From: Callorhinchus milii
Taxonomy: Eukaryota
Direction of reading: 5' to 3'
DNA length: 64,000 nt
Assembly: GCF_018977255.1 (NCBI RefSeq)
Contig: NW_024704743.1
Span: 114,268,001 to 114,332,000, forward strand
Of the stretch, positions 63,859 through 64,000 are shown one piece after another. The notes under the pieces were generated by a model. That model was not told the origin of the DNA. It searched no databases and was given only the letters and a program-made list of their open reading frames with translations. A program made the position numbers and the translations under genes. Positions within the stretch are counted from its first letter, which is position 1. Every line of letters starts with the position of its first letter.

Positions 63859-64000
63859 AACCTCACTTCAGTGGCTGCTCTCAAGAACTGCAGAAAACTG
63901 ACACAATTAAGCCCAATATTTTACAAAATTCTGTTGATGACAAACTTGTCAACCGAGCCAGTCCATGCAGGGAGTGACACAGTGGCAACTTCACTGGAAA
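63859..64000 (+). other. Candidate exon start running off the window
   Basis: Acceptor-like tgctgtcttacag ending 63858; frame open to the window end with ATG at 63937; no recognisable protein. Confidence 0.25.

Noticed and set aside
1..64000. Hammerhead ribozyme or Penelope-type repeats
   Set aside because: The ctgatga occurrences I checked lack a properly placed gaaa core and flanking helices; a covariance-model search would be needed to exclude them fully.

Overview
Eukaryotic, repeat-rich, non-coding DNA (intron or intergenic). The repeat content points to a cartilaginous fish, probably a holocephalan such as Callorhinchus; this is inferred from recalled repeat families and was not searched. 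The window holds: (i) about 14 near-full copies of a young SINE with a tRNA-Ala-like head and an L2 tail (called SINE-A here); (ii) many older Deu-domain SINEs; (iii) decayed L2 and CR1 LINE fragments, which explain every ORF in the track that I can recognise (YADD reverse-transcriptase and RPHLEYCVQ motifs); (iv) two still older SINE families, one resembling LF-SINE. I found no intact protein-coding gene, RNA gene, CRISPR array or multi-gene system. The best candidate for something undescribed is a composite element present twice (29479-30040 +, and 6385-9533 -, split by nested insertions), in which a ~400-nt non-tRNA, hairpin-led head is fused at the same point to a Deu domain. Also notable: a four-level nested insertion, a CpG-rich 31-bp minisatellite with dense promoter motifs, a third retroposon 3' end with a conserved stem-loop, a probable locally templated insertion, and a possible promoter, 5'UTR exon and coding-exon start at the right edge. 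Repeat boundaries are by eye and approximate; family names come from memory of consensus sequences.
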